Sequence record: PZ357121.2
Reading direction: 5' to 3' (one strand)
Source: a phage
DNA length: 64,000 bases
Shown: positions 54,226 through 63,138 of the stretch, one piece after another
Numbering within the stretch: the first letter of the stretch is position 1
Layout: each line of letters starts with the position of its first letter
Notes under the pieces: generated by a model
Told to the model about the DNA's origin: nothing
The model's database searches: none
The model's input: the letters and a program-made list of their open reading frames with translations, nothing else
Translations under genes and position numbers: made by a program

Positions 54226-55270
54226 CATTATATTCAGCATGAGTCGCAAATTCATGCCCGTTTATATGAAACAACAAAATTTGGATAGTCCATAGATATG
54301 CAACGTTCTTTTATAGTGCTAGGATGAAAATTTAGCGCTTTAGCTGCTTCTATATAAGACGTATACTTAATACCGTCAACAACCACATATTCAGGAACTT
54401 TATGAATAGTAGTCTTAATACTCAAAACAAGAGGATGAGTTTCGACTTCACTTTCAGTGCAATTTAAATATTCCGCTGCTTTTTTAAAACTTCTAAAAGT
54501 TTTATTTTTAAGCTTTATCGATACTTGTTTTTTACTTTTTCGACTATTGATATTATTTTGCACATGTTCCTTAGATCTTCCGTTTTTAGCATAATATTCA
54601 GCTACAGAAGATTTTATATTGTTTTTATGAGATTCGGATAACACTTTACCCTTATGAGCATCTCTTAATTTTTGAATATGTTCTTCAGTATCCGGATGCT
54701 TATAAAACTTTTTACCGCCTATGGATTTATTTAAACATTTTTTGCTATAAAAATATTTACGTATGACCTCTTCTTCATGTTTTAATGCATCTTTATAACT
54801 ATCAAATGTTTTTAAAATTATCCATTTAGTAGGTGTATCAGTTTTTAAGCGTTCATTTATATACTTAGATGACGTTGTGTAAGTTTTCCAGTTTGTGGGC
54901 TTGTTTTTAATTGTTCTAAATTTTTTATAACCGATATAAATGTCACCATTAGAAAACTTAACTAAGTATGTAAATGCGTCTTTATCTTTTATTTTAGTAC
55001 AACGTCTTTTTATCCATTTCATTGTTTCACCTCGTATTCATAAGATAATCTTATTTATACAAGATGACTGCTGCATGTCGCCATGCAGATTAGACTATAT
55101 CTTCATCTTTCGATGCCGGCCGTTTCGAATAGCATTAGCTTCTATTCTACACCGCTACATTCATCACGGTTAGTCGTTAGGCATTTAGTTCAAAAGAACA
55201 TTTAGCACGGGATTGTCTACTAGAGAGGTTCCCCGTTTAGACCGGTTTTACATGAGCCTGAATTAAATTA
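54226..55270 (-). mobile_element. group I self-splicing intron (nrdD/sunY-type) carrying a homing endonuclease ORF
   Basis: Interrupts nrdD reading frame; 5' intron sequence ...TAAACGGGGAACCTCTCTAGTAGACAATCCCGTGCTAAA... matches recalled T4 sunY intron core; exon 1 ends in U, intron ends in G. Confidence 0.8.
54252..55022 (-). CDS. GIY-YIG homing endonuclease, I-TevII-like (256 aa), intron-encoded
   Basis: ATG ORF inside the intron; N-terminal GDIYIGY...KF GIY-YIG motif; basic C-terminal DNA-binding region. Confidence 0.8.
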   Translation of the reverse strand: MKWIKRRCTKIKDKDAFTYLVKFSNGDIYIGYKKFRTIKNKPTNWKTYTTSSKYINERLKTDTPTKWIILKTFDSYKDALKHEEEVIRKYFYSKKCLNKSIGGKKFYKHPDTEEHIQKLRDAHKGKVLSESHKNNIKSSVAEYYAKNGRSKEHVQNNINSRKSKKQVSIKLKNKTFRSFKKAAEYLNCTESEVETHPLVLSIKTTIHKVPEYVVVDGIKYTSYIEAAKALNFHPSTIKERCISMDYPNFVVSYKRA

Positions 55271-55808
55271 ACTCATACGCCTGGAATGCATCGTATACGT
55301 CTTTTTCTGTTTTAGATTGGGCATAATTCAACGCATCAGCGATTTGCCATTTTTCTGCATCCTCAATATGTTTTGCATAGGTGCGTTTAACATAAGGAGA
55401 AAGAACTTTATCGACATTCGCAAATGTAGTTCCACCATACTGATGCGAAGCAACTTGTGCAGTAATTTGTGCCATAATTGCAGTAGCAACACCAATAGAT
55501 TTAGGCGTTTCAATTTGAGCATTGCCGAGCTTAAATCCGTTTTCAAGCATTCCTTTTAAATCTACTAAACAGCAATTAGTAAAAGGCAATGATATACTGT
55601 AATCTAAATCATGAAAATGAATTAATCCAACATTATGGGCATTTACAATATGACTTGGAAGAATACGACAAGCGATATGTTTAGAAACAATACCGGCCAT
55701 TAAATCTCTTTTTGTTGGAAAGACGCGAGAATCTTTGTTGGCGTTTTCTGTATTTAATTCTTTATCTTTATTTGAAATAAAATTTAAAACATCTTTTTCT
55801 AAAGACAT
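55271..55808 (-). CDS. nrdD: anaerobic ribonucleotide reductase NrdD, exon 1
   Basis: ATG ORF; MSLEKDVLNF...NENANKDSRVFPTKRDLMAGIVSKHIA...CCLVDLKGMLENGFKLGNAQIETPKSIGVATAIMAQI... matches recalled T4 NrdD N-terminus; frame ends in intron stop. Confidence 0.85.
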
Positions 55809-56620
55809 AATTCTAATTTATCCTTTTGAAATTCTTCGTCTAAATATGGGTTCCAACCCATTTTAAACCTTTTGATGAAATTATCAATTCTAAATTTCGG
55901 TAAGTTTAAATCCGCAAAAATAGATGATTTACTTTTAAAATCTGGACTTAAATAATCATATAAAATTTCTGCGTATTTTAACCATAATATACAAGTACCA
56001 GATTTAATTGCTCTCGGAGTTTTCCAAGGTTTTACACCATACATCGGATTTCCACTTCCTTTATGCCTGATAGAAGATGAAATTCCAATTTTAATTTTAG
56101 CTTCCTTTGTATGCGAAAATCCACGATGTGGATTTTCTTTCCAGTATTTTTTAGAAGCTTCTGATATTTTCTTTCTGGCTAAATTAGTATGATGCTTTCC
56201 ATAAAATCCATGATTTTTGCCTTTATTACGATTTCTTTTAATCATGGTTATTGATTGCTTTTCTCTAGTTTCTTTAGAAGGAGAAATACCATATGTCGTA
56301 AATTGGCCATCAGCATATGCTAAATTAAAATACTCTTTATTCCATACATCTTTTTCTATATTCTTTTGAAATTCAGCTTCAATGCTAGTTATTTGTTCAT
56401 CTCCGACTAATTGAAAATATAATATCTCAACTTTCGGCGTTTCTTTCAATAAGGCTTTTTGAAATTCGGAAGATGACGAAGACGAATAATAAAATTTACC
56501 ATTTTTATCAATAATATTCGTTCCGTCAAAAGTGCAATTGGTTTTACTTCCAATGTAATAATATGGCGGGGTTTTAGCATTAATTCTACTAATAAACGAT
56601 AGTTTATATACTACATTCAT
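55799..56620 (-). CDS. free-standing GIY-YIG homing endonuclease, Seg-like (273 aa)
   Basis: ATG ORF; N-terminal YYYIGSKT...(GIY-YIG-type) and repeated basic helix (NUMOD-like) segments; inserted between 49 and nrdD. Confidence 0.7.
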   Translation of the reverse strand: MNVVYKLSFISRINAKTPPYYYIGSKTNCTFDGTNIIDKNGKFYYSSSSSSEFQKALLKETPKVEILYFQLVGDEQITSIEAEFQKNIEKDVWNKEYFNLAYADGQFTTYGISPSKETREKQSITMIKRNRNKGKNHGFYGKHHTNLARKKISEASKKYWKENPHRGFSHTKEAKIKIGISSSIRHKGSGNPMYGVKPWKTPRAIKSGTCILWLKYAEILYDYLSPDFKSKSSIFADLNLPKFRIDNFIKRFKMGWNPYLDEEFQKDKLELCL

Positions 56621-57090
56621 TTTAAACTCTTTCTAAGCTGCTTTTTGAATGAAGCTATTAATTGTGTTTTAGTATCAGATTCATTATATTCAAATCCTCT
56701 TTGAAGCATCTCGGCCATCATTTCCTCTTTACCTAGTCTCGAGAACTCTTTAGTTTTGTCTGGAACAAAATTAGGATGGATATTATTATCAGAATAATCT
56801 TGTTTCAAATAAGCAAGAAGAGCTTCAAGCCATTCGAGGTAGTTGACATCACGGCCTTTAAGACCGGAACGGTTGAACTTATGCTTCATTTGACCTTCTG
56901 CTGCGTTGCACAGATTACAGAGTAACCCACGAACTCTACCGGCTTTTGGCCCGTTTAATTCGTGGTCGTGGTCAAGATGGTTACCTTGAACATCAGGGTC
57001 TAATTCACGGTGGCAAATAGGACACTTACCGTTCTGTGCATCATAAAATTTTTGTTTTTCTTCTTTATATTTTGCGCCTGATAATAACAT
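56617..57090 (-). CDS. 49: recombination endonuclease VII gp49 (157 aa)
   Basis: ATG ORF; ...KQKFYDAQNGKCPICHRELDPDVQGNHLDHDHELNGPKAGRVRGLLCNLCNAAEGQMKHKFNRSGLKG... near-identical to recalled T4 endo VII. Confidence 0.95.
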   Translation of the reverse strand: MLLSGAKYKEEKQKFYDAQNGKCPICHRELDPDVQGNHLDHDHELNGPKAGRVRGLLCNLCNAAEGQMKHKFNRSGLKGRDVNYLEWLEALLAYLKQDYSDNNIHPNFVPDKTKEFSRLGKEEMMAEMLQRGFEYNESDTKTQLIASFKKQLRKSLK

Positions 57091-57125
57091 GATAAACCCT
57101 TACCTTAAATAGATAAGGGTATTTA

Positions 57126-57551
57126 TTAACTTAAACGTCTTTCTAAATATTCAATGTATTCTGCGGCTGCTTGCATCAGGTTACCTTCATAGCCGTCGTT
57201 ATTTTCTTGTCCAGCTAATTTAGCTAATGCATAAGAAATTCGTTCACCTTCGAATTCACCAAGTTTACTACCTAGCACATCCGCAATATCAGCCGAATCA
57301 ATTTCTTCGAGTTCATCTATTGAATGTGATTCCCAGAAGCACCAAAGAGAAGTATCACGGTCATAGATGCAAAGTTTCTCACCAGTGTTCAACATCACTT
57401 CAATAATGCCATGGTCGCCATAACCATCTTCGGTCGTAGTACCAATTACCTTGATGATTGTTCCTTTCTTTAATTCAGGAAACTTGACTTGTAGTTCTTC
57501 ATCTTCTTTAACAATCTTGAACCATTTACCACGTGTGTCAGAAATATTCAT
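57126..57551 (-). CDS. hypothetical protein (141 aa)
   Basis: Internal ATG with AGAGGA SD chosen to avoid 137-nt overlap; between nrdC and 49 where T4 pin lies (not verified). Confidence 0.45.
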   Translation of the reverse strand: MNISDTRGKWFKIVKEDEELQVKFPELKKGTIIKVIGTTTEDGYGDHGIIEVMLNTGEKLCIYDRDTSLWCFWESHSIDELEEIDSADIADVLGSKLGEFEGERISYALAKLAGQENNDGYEGNLMQAAAEYIEYLERRLS

Positions 57552-57552
57552 A

Positions 57553-57723
57553 TCAATATCCTCTATAAAAGTTACGATGAGAACGTTTAGCTTTGCGAAG
57601 CTGACGTTTAGTAGGACGAACTGTAAATGGTTGTCCAGAGAAAAAATTCGGATCTGTTTTAATAAGCAAATACCAATCATGCTTGCCATTTTTTAATAAA
57701 CGGTACAATAATTTAACTTGCAT
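57553..57723 (-). CDS. hypothetical protein with basic VRPTKRQLR tail (56 aa)
   Basis: ATG at 57723 with GGAAGAGA SD (track start is TTG); C-terminal motif shared with 26524-26736. Confidence 0.45.
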   Translation of the reverse strand: MQVKLLYRLLKNGKHDWYLLIKTDPNFFSGQPFTVRPTKRQLRKAKRSHRNFYRGY

Positions 57724-57851
57724 AATAATCTCTTCCCATTTCCATATCAATCATATCGTTTACTGTAGGTTCATCATAACACGTTTCTTCGTCGTTGTAA
57801 ACTGTTTCGACGTCTGGCTCGACAGTTTCCCATCGAGCCGAATACCATGGC

Positions 57852-58208
57852 TTAACCCCGGAGTTTATTGAGCTCTTCATAATCAATCCAGGATTCTAGC
57901 CCTGACGGCAGGTCACATTCAATGTTCCACAGAAGCTCTTCAATGGCTTGCAGGCGATTATATTCTTCAACGGTAATGGTAACCATTGGTGTAACCGGTT
58001 CTGCCTTTTTAACCATCATGTCGTTCATCAGGACGTAAAGGTCATCACGAACGACAGTGTCGTTCCAACCCCATGATTTGGCTTCGTAAGCTAATGATGA
58101 AGGGAGCACATTTAAAACTTCAATAATAGTTGGAGCATCAGGACCAAGTTCATTGGCACAAACTTCGTATACATCTTGGAAATCTTTAAGATTTAATGAA
58201 TATGTCAT
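57852..58208 (-). CDS. hypothetical protein (118 aa)
   Basis: ATG ORF; shares an identical 23-nt translation-initiation region with the next gene. Confidence 0.55.
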   Translation of the reverse strand: MTYSLNLKDFQDVYEVCANELGPDAPTIIEVLNVLPSSLAYEAKSWGWNDTVVRDDLYVLMNDMMVKKAEPVTPMVTITVEEYNRLQAIEELLWNIECDLPSGLESWIDYEELNKLRG

Positions 58209-58227
58209 TTAAAATATTCTCGCAGTT
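58205..58227 (-). repeat. 23-bp direct repeat, copy A (tcatttaaaatattctcgcagtt)
   Basis: Identical to 58520-58542; covers SD and start codon of the downstream gene. Confidence 0.7.
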
Positions 58228-58523
58228 TATTGTTCTACACATGCACAGGAAACTTCGAAATCAGGACCGTCGTACTTCCAGTGATATTCACCAACAGGAA
58301 TCCAGTCACCATGCTCGTTTTCTTCATAGTCCTCAGGCTCAAGGCCAACGAATCGCCATTGGACACCGATGATTCTATTACCCATCATTACTCGAAATTC
58401 GCCCCATGGATTATCAATAGCATACTGAATATCGTTCTTAGCACGAGAACACATTTCTTGATATAACAAAGTTTCTAATTCGTCCTGGTCATAAGGGCCT
58501 GGGAAAGTTAAATCGATATTCAT
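58227..58523 (-). CDS. hypothetical protein (98 aa)
   Basis: ATG ORF. Confidence 0.55.
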   Translation of the reverse strand: MNIDLTFPGPYDQDELETLLYQEMCSRAKNDIQYAIDNPWGEFRVMMGNRIIGVQWRFVGLEPEDYEENEHGDWIPVGEYHWKYDGPDFEVSCACVEQ

Positions 58524-58542
58524 TTAAAATATTCTCGCAGTT
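58520..58542 (-). repeat. 23-bp direct repeat, copy B
   Basis: Identical to 58205-58227. Confidence 0.7.
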
Positions 58543-58783
58543 GGTCAAATCCACCAATGTGACTTCCGTCAGGAGCAAACACTTGAGGCATCGTCAATCC
58601 AACATGTGTTTCACGTCCAAGCTTAGCCAGAAGCTCAGCAATTTTTTCTTCATCGAATACACCTTTTTCTGGCATAACATTAATGAATTCGAACGGCTGT
58701 TTCTTAACAGTCAGCAATCGTTTCGCATTATCACAATAAATGCATTTATGAATAGTAGAGTCATACCCGTACACTTTAAACAT
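58520..58783 (-). CDS. nrdC: glutaredoxin NrdC (87 aa)
   Basis: ATG at 58783 (MFKVYGYDSTIHKCIYCDNAKRLL...GGFDQLREYFK) matches recalled T4 NrdC thioredoxin; track ORF has a 6-codon extension. Confidence 0.9.
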   Translation of the reverse strand: MFKVYGYDSTIHKCIYCDNAKRLLTVKKQPFEFINVMPEKGVFDEEKIAELLAKLGRETHVGLTMPQVFAPDGSHIGGFDQLREYFK

Positions 58784-59189
58784 TATTTTTCCTTTCATCA
58801 ATTAAATATGCAATGCCAAATACAATACATGTAATAAAACCTGTGATACAGATAGAAACCAACAACACTGTACCAAAGAACCAAATCAAGTTATCTTTAG
58901 TAGTTTGTTTGATATCCATCTCACGAATTTCTATAGCTATCGTATCACCTTTATTCAGAAGCGTATAAAACGATGGCGATACACGCCTGTCAAAAACTCG
59001 TCCTTGCTCATCTTTATAGACTGCAATAAATTCTAATTTAGAATATTTTCCTGTAGATTGACCTGAGATTAGCTCTACTACCTCCACAGGAATTACTTTA
59101 GTTTCCATGTAAGTATTCTGGCTGTTCCAAATGAATGGAATGATGGCAAAAACTAAAGCTGCAATAAAGCAACGAAGGCTATATCTCAT
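58776..59189 (-). CDS. membrane protein (137 aa, N- and C-terminal TM segments)
   Basis: ATG ORF; hydrophobic termini. Confidence 0.6.
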   Translation of the reverse strand: MRYSLRCFIAALVFAIIPFIWNSQNTYMETKVIPVEVVELISGQSTGKYSKLEFIAVYKDEQGRVFDRRVSPSFYTLLNKGDTIAIEIREMDIKQTTKDNLIWFFGTVLLVSICITGFITCIVFGIAYLIDERKNNV

Positions 59190-59494
59190 TATAATGTTCT
59201 CTCAAATTTGTGGAAGCATTTACGGCATTTCAATTTCAAGTTATCAGTGGTCCAGTTAACCAGTTGGACTTGGATAGTTCCACATTCCGGACATGGATGT
59301 TTTGCTGCCGATTTGGCAGCATTTTCACGTCGTTCAACCATTTTCATGATTTCGTTCCATGCCGGAGGAACGAACTCTTCTTCACTGTGGATTTTATCTC
59401 GCTGAACAAATTCAATCTTTGAACTATCGTCAATAAACTTAACCAAGCCGTGATTAGTGCTCATATCAATATCCTCTAAAAGACGTAGTTTCAT
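59189..59494 (-). CDS. zinc-ribbon protein (101 aa)
   Basis: ATG ORF; C-terminal CPECG...CRKC. Confidence 0.6.
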   Translation of the reverse strand: MKLRLLEDIDMSTNHGLVKFIDDSSKIEFVQRDKIHSEEEFVPPAWNEIMKMVERRENAAKSAAKHPCPECGTIQVQLVNWTTDNLKLKCRKCFHKFERTL

Positions 59495-60444
59495 TATAAA
59501 ACCTCAATGGCATTTCGTAAACCGTCCGCTTTCGCATTCAGAGCTTTTAACGATTTAGTTTGTTCTGCAATCTGGGCTTCGACTTCTTTCAGACGAGATT
59601 TGAGATATTCGCGTTCTTCTCTTAAGTTATCAACTTTTTCTGCTTTAGGCTCTTTAATAGGCTTAGGCTTATACTCGTTAGGGTTCTTCAGCTTAATTTG
59701 AATACGAGAACTGAATAACATTGAACCGTTATCTTCGGTTTCATCATACATTTCTACCACGTCCATGATTCTTAACATCATGCGAAGTTTATAAGACAGC
59801 GAACGAATGGTTTTGTTGCGCTTATTAATTTCTTCGGCTTTCATGGTACCGAGATTACGTGAGTAGTAATAAGGAACCTGGATATCAATTGTCAATGATG
59901 CGTTACCATTACCGGTTGGTTTGAATACTGCAGTAACCCAATCTTTAACATGAACTTTATTTGTACGACCATCGCCGCCTGTGAATAATTTACGTGAATG
60001 TTTAAAAAGCATATTCACTTGGTTATTGAATTCACAAGCAAATTTATCGGCAAATTTAGTTTCAGGAATGGTAGATAACCAATCAGCCAAATGAGTCTTT
60101 TTAACATCGTTAATAATAGTAAATTCAACTAAATCAGTTTTAGGTGTCACAGATTTAATAAAGCTCGGCTTCATAAAGTTTTTAATGTTATCACGAGCTA
60201 CAGTAGAAGATAATAAACGAGAACGTTTGAACCATTGAAGCAGTGTCCCTAATGAATGAGAATACGCATTCTGAGTATCTTTACAGATATGATTTTCTTG
60301 GCCTGTGTATGTACCAAAATCGCGAAGAATACCACTTACTACAACTCGGTGTGGAACATCAAATCCTAATGAACCAGAAGCACGTTGGGCATGAACGTTA
60401 GCGATAAGACCTGCAAAATAATCAATGTAATGTGAACGTGTCAT
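59494..60444 (-). CDS. hypothetical protein with C-terminal coiled coil (316 aa)
   Basis: ATG ORF; heptad-rich charged C-terminus; own upstream promoter. Confidence 0.65.
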   Translation of the reverse strand: MTRSHYIDYFAGLIANVHAQRASGSLGFDVPHRVVVSGILRDFGTYTGQENHICKDTQNAYSHSLGTLLQWFKRSRLLSSTVARDNIKNFMKPSFIKSVTPKTDLVEFTIINDVKKTHLADWLSTIPETKFADKFACEFNNQVNMLFKHSRKLFTGGDGRTNKVHVKDWVTAVFKPTGNGNASLTIDIQVPYYYSRNLGTMKAEEINKRNKTIRSLSYKLRMMLRIMDVVEMYDETEDNGSMLFSSRIQIKLKNPNEYKPKPIKEPKAEKVDNLREEREYLKSRLKEVEAQIAEQTKSLKALNAKADGLRNAIEVL

Positions 60445-60472
60445 AATATTTTCCTCTCGTTAAGATAGAAAG

Positions 60473-60502
60473 ATTATACTCCAACCGTCCTTGGTTGTAA
60501 AC
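60473..60502 (-). promoter_or_regulatory. early promoter (-35 GTTTAC, 18 nt, -10 TATAAT) with CCAAGGACGG spacer motif
   Basis: Minus strand GTTTACAACCAAGGACGGTTGGAGTATAAT. Confidence 0.55.
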
Positions 60503-60506
60503 TGAT

Positions 60507-61439
60507 TTATGATTTTAATGCATTCATTGCGTTAAAAAGTTTAGAGTACTGCAACTGGAGCTTGGTAACTACTTGTTGAGCATCACGAAGCTTAGCTTGT
60601 GCTTTGTCAAGTTCAACAGACAGTTGGTCCACAGTGGCTTTGATTTGATTATAATAGTAATCTTCTGCAGGAAGAAGACCGTTAGAGATTTCCAGTTTAG
60701 ACGACGGTGTGCCGTTAAACATAACAGGTTGTGCTGAAGCTGAATTAATCTTACCGATAGTCGGGGCGACAATAATTGACGCTTCGAACGTTGCATTTTC
60801 CTTTTTAAGATTTTTATAATATTCAGAGTCTTTGTGCCACCATGGCGCAGGAACCTTTTTACCAATAGATACACGAGCCTGGATAGCGATATGGCCCTTA
60901 TTCTTGATAACGTCGATAATATTAAGCTCACGAGAATAAATTGCTTTAATCTGGTGAATATTATCACCTAACACTTCCAACGCTTGGTGGAATACACGAG
61001 CAACGTTATCATTCTTAGGTTTATACGTAAGAGTGAACTCGTTCTCACTGATAACCATGATTTCCAACTTATCGTAAGTATATTTCAAATGTTTCATGTT
61101 AATTGCTTGAGGACGAATACGAGAAGCAATGGCCATCAGATTGTTAAGGTTATTCCGGAACTGCTTAGCGAAATATTGTCCTTCACCACCAATACAAAAA
61201 TTACGAAGTTTCTGTTTGGCTAATAAACGGCTGAACTCACCATTTTTAATGAACTCTTTAACGGGGGTGTTAGTAACGCATTCAAATTGAGTAAACTTAC
61301 GAGAAGTAATTCCATAATACGAACAGATTTCCTCAATCTCTTCAGGAGTCTTTACAGGCATACGGATAGGATTAGGACCTGGGGTATATGCGTTCGAGGT
61401 AAATTCTTTGATAAGTTCTCTACGTGTAATAAAAGCCAT
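60507..61439 (-). CDS. hypothetical protein with C-terminal coiled coil (310 aa)
   Basis: ATG ORF; C-terminal heptad region. Confidence 0.65.
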   Translation of the reverse strand: MAFITRRELIKEFTSNAYTPGPNPIRMPVKTPEEIEEICSYYGITSRKFTQFECVTNTPVKEFIKNGEFSRLLAKQKLRNFCIGGEGQYFAKQFRNNLNNLMAIASRIRPQAINMKHLKYTYDKLEIMVISENEFTLTYKPKNDNVARVFHQALEVLGDNIHQIKAIYSRELNIIDVIKNKGHIAIQARVSIGKKVPAPWWHKDSEYYKNLKKENATFEASIIVAPTIGKINSASAQPVMFNGTPSSKLEISNGLLPAEDYYYNQIKATVDQLSVELDKAQAKLRDAQQVVTKLQLQYSKLFNAMNALKS

Positions 61440-61465
61440 TTTATATTCCTCATGTTGAAAAATTT

Positions 61466-61494
61466 ATTATACTCCAACCATCCTTGGTTGTACA
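61466..61494 (-). promoter_or_regulatory. early promoter (-35 TGTACA, 17 nt, -10 TATAAT) with CCAAGGATGG spacer motif
   Basis: Minus strand TGTACAACCAAGGATGGTTGGAGTATAAT. Confidence 0.55.
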
Positions 61495-62490
61495 TCATTC
61501 CTTAAGAAGTTTTACTACCTGAATAAGATTAGCTCGTTCTGTTTTATTTTTACCGTTTAAGCCTGCTAATCGTGAGATTTCATCGTCAGTCTGTTGAATA
61601 GTTACATTAAGTTCGTTAATCAAAGCTTCAAAGTATTTGATTTGCTCAGCATGTTTTGATTCAAATTTCTGAACTGGAATAACGTCTTGGTTTAGTTCAT
61701 CAATAAGGTCTTTAAGAGCATCTTCTTGGTTGATATCATATTCAACTTCTTTTATTTCTTCAATGAGCTCGTCTTTATATCTAACGTCTTTTAGTCCTGG
61801 TGCTGGTCCTGAAATCTCTTCTTTAGGAGTACAAACATATCCAATACGGTATCCAATGCCGTCTCGCTTGATATCAACTTCGTCAATAAATCCACAATGT
61901 TTAAGACCAGAGCCGATTAGGTCAAAATATCCTTGACGTCGTCCTTCAAACGTTACACGAACTACTAAGACAGTTTTACCTGCAACCTTTTGAAGCTCAC
62001 ATTTATAAAAGTCTGTTGAACCTGAATAACGTGGATGAGTTTTAAAGTTCATCTGACGATCTAGGCCCATTTGTAAGCGTGCTGATACGGCCATAAAACG
62101 TGTTTGGTTCTCGTTAAGATGAGCAACAATCCATTTCAAAGGCATTTTACACTGTTCACGACCGAACAAATCAGTATATCCTAGATTACGCAGAATGTTG
62201 TTAGAGTTAATCATCGACAGAACGTTAAGTTTATTCAGCGCGCTGAAGATTCCATCGGCCATTGATTTTCCGTAACCTTTACACGCTTTAATAAGCGCTC
62301 GCGGTAGATTAGTATAGATTTCAGACGGCATATGAAAATCAAATTTACTAGTCAGTAATTGATGAACTTGGATAGCAATTTGCTCATAATTAAGCGCTCT
62401 GCGATCATTATGGTCTTTAAACCACACTTTAATCTGTGAAGCACATAAACCGTTAATTTCATGTTTTACCGCATCAGATGTAATGCTCAT
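61495..62490 (-). CDS. hypothetical protein with C-terminal coiled coil (331 aa)
   Basis: ATG ORF; C-terminal heptad region. Confidence 0.65.
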   Translation of the reverse strand: MSITSDAVKHEINGLCASQIKVWFKDHNDRRALNYEQIAIQVHQLLTSKFDFHMPSEIYTNLPRALIKACKGYGKSMADGIFSALNKLNVLSMINSNNILRNLGYTDLFGREQCKMPLKWIVAHLNENQTRFMAVSARLQMGLDRQMNFKTHPRYSGSTDFYKCELQKVAGKTVLVVRVTFEGRRQGYFDLIGSGLKHCGFIDEVDIKRDGIGYRIGYVCTPKEEISGPAPGLKDVRYKDELIEEIKEVEYDINQEDALKDLIDELNQDVIPVQKFESKHAEQIKYFEALINELNVTIQQTDDEISRLAGLNGKNKTERANLIQVVKLLKE

Positions 62491-62552
62491 AACTATTTCC
62501 TCAGATTGAATTGGAACTCAAAACCATTATAACCCGTCCTTGGGTAAAGCGT

Positions 62553-63080
62553 TTATGCGTGAACCGTCTTTAAACGTTCTTCAAATTTCCGAAGAGTACT
62601 AATACGTTCTGCTTTCTGTTTTGTATAGTTTGCAATACGTTCTGAAGTGAGAGCGTATCGTTCGTTTACTGTTTCTTTCATGAAGTCAGGGATTTCACGA
62701 GAAGCTTTAATTTCATCAAACTTATCGAGTACTGCCTGGTCTTCAGCGATTAAATTTTCGTACATCTCGATATCTTTCTTGATAAACTCGATATCTTCCT
62801 GGGTTACTTTGGATAAACGAGATGCTTTATCCTTTTTGTACTGCTCGTTAGTTTCACGAGACCAGAATAATGTACGTTTTTTGTTAGTGTTTTTGTAGAC
62901 TTCCACAATTCCAACTGAATCGATGATAGCAATCCAATTCCAGCGAGATTTGAAAATCTGACCTCCGTCCACGGTAATCTCGTTACCATAAGCAACGTCA
63001 TTAAAGAACTTGCTTTGTGCTTCAGATTTAAATTTACCGTCGTTATAATTTACCAGGTTGAAAATATCTTTAGCGTTCAT
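62553..63080 (-). CDS. hypothetical protein (175 aa)
   Basis: ATG ORF; leader identical to that of 26926-27243. Confidence 0.6.
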   Translation of the reverse strand: MNAKDIFNLVNYNDGKFKSEAQSKFFNDVAYGNEITVDGGQIFKSRWNWIAIIDSVGIVEVYKNTNKKRTLFWSRETNEQYKKDKASRLSKVTQEDIEFIKKDIEMYENLIAEDQAVLDKFDEIKASREIPDFMKETVNERYALTSERIANYTKQKAERISTLRKFEERLKTVHA

Positions 63081-63101
63081 GTTTTACCTCCAGTAGTTGA
63101 T

Positions 63102-63130
63102 AGGTCTATAATAACATAACCATAGACCTT
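63102..63130 (-). promoter_or_regulatory. T4-type early promoter (-35 GTTTAC, 17 nt, -10 TATTAT)
   Basis: Minus strand motif then AGACCTATCAACTACTGGAG leader. Confidence 0.6.
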
Positions 63131-63138
63131 GTAAACAA

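Noticed and set aside
54252-55022. Treating the I-TevII-like ORF as a free-standing gene and nrdD as two separate genes or a pseudogene
   Set aside because: Flanking sequence matches a group I intron core and the exons join in frame to give a full-length 605-aa NrdD
62521-62555. Canonical early promoter upstream of 61495-62490
   Set aside because: CCAAGGACGG motif and TATAAT are present, but the spacing to the nearest -35-like hexamer is only 12 nt; reported as a motif, not as a promoter feature
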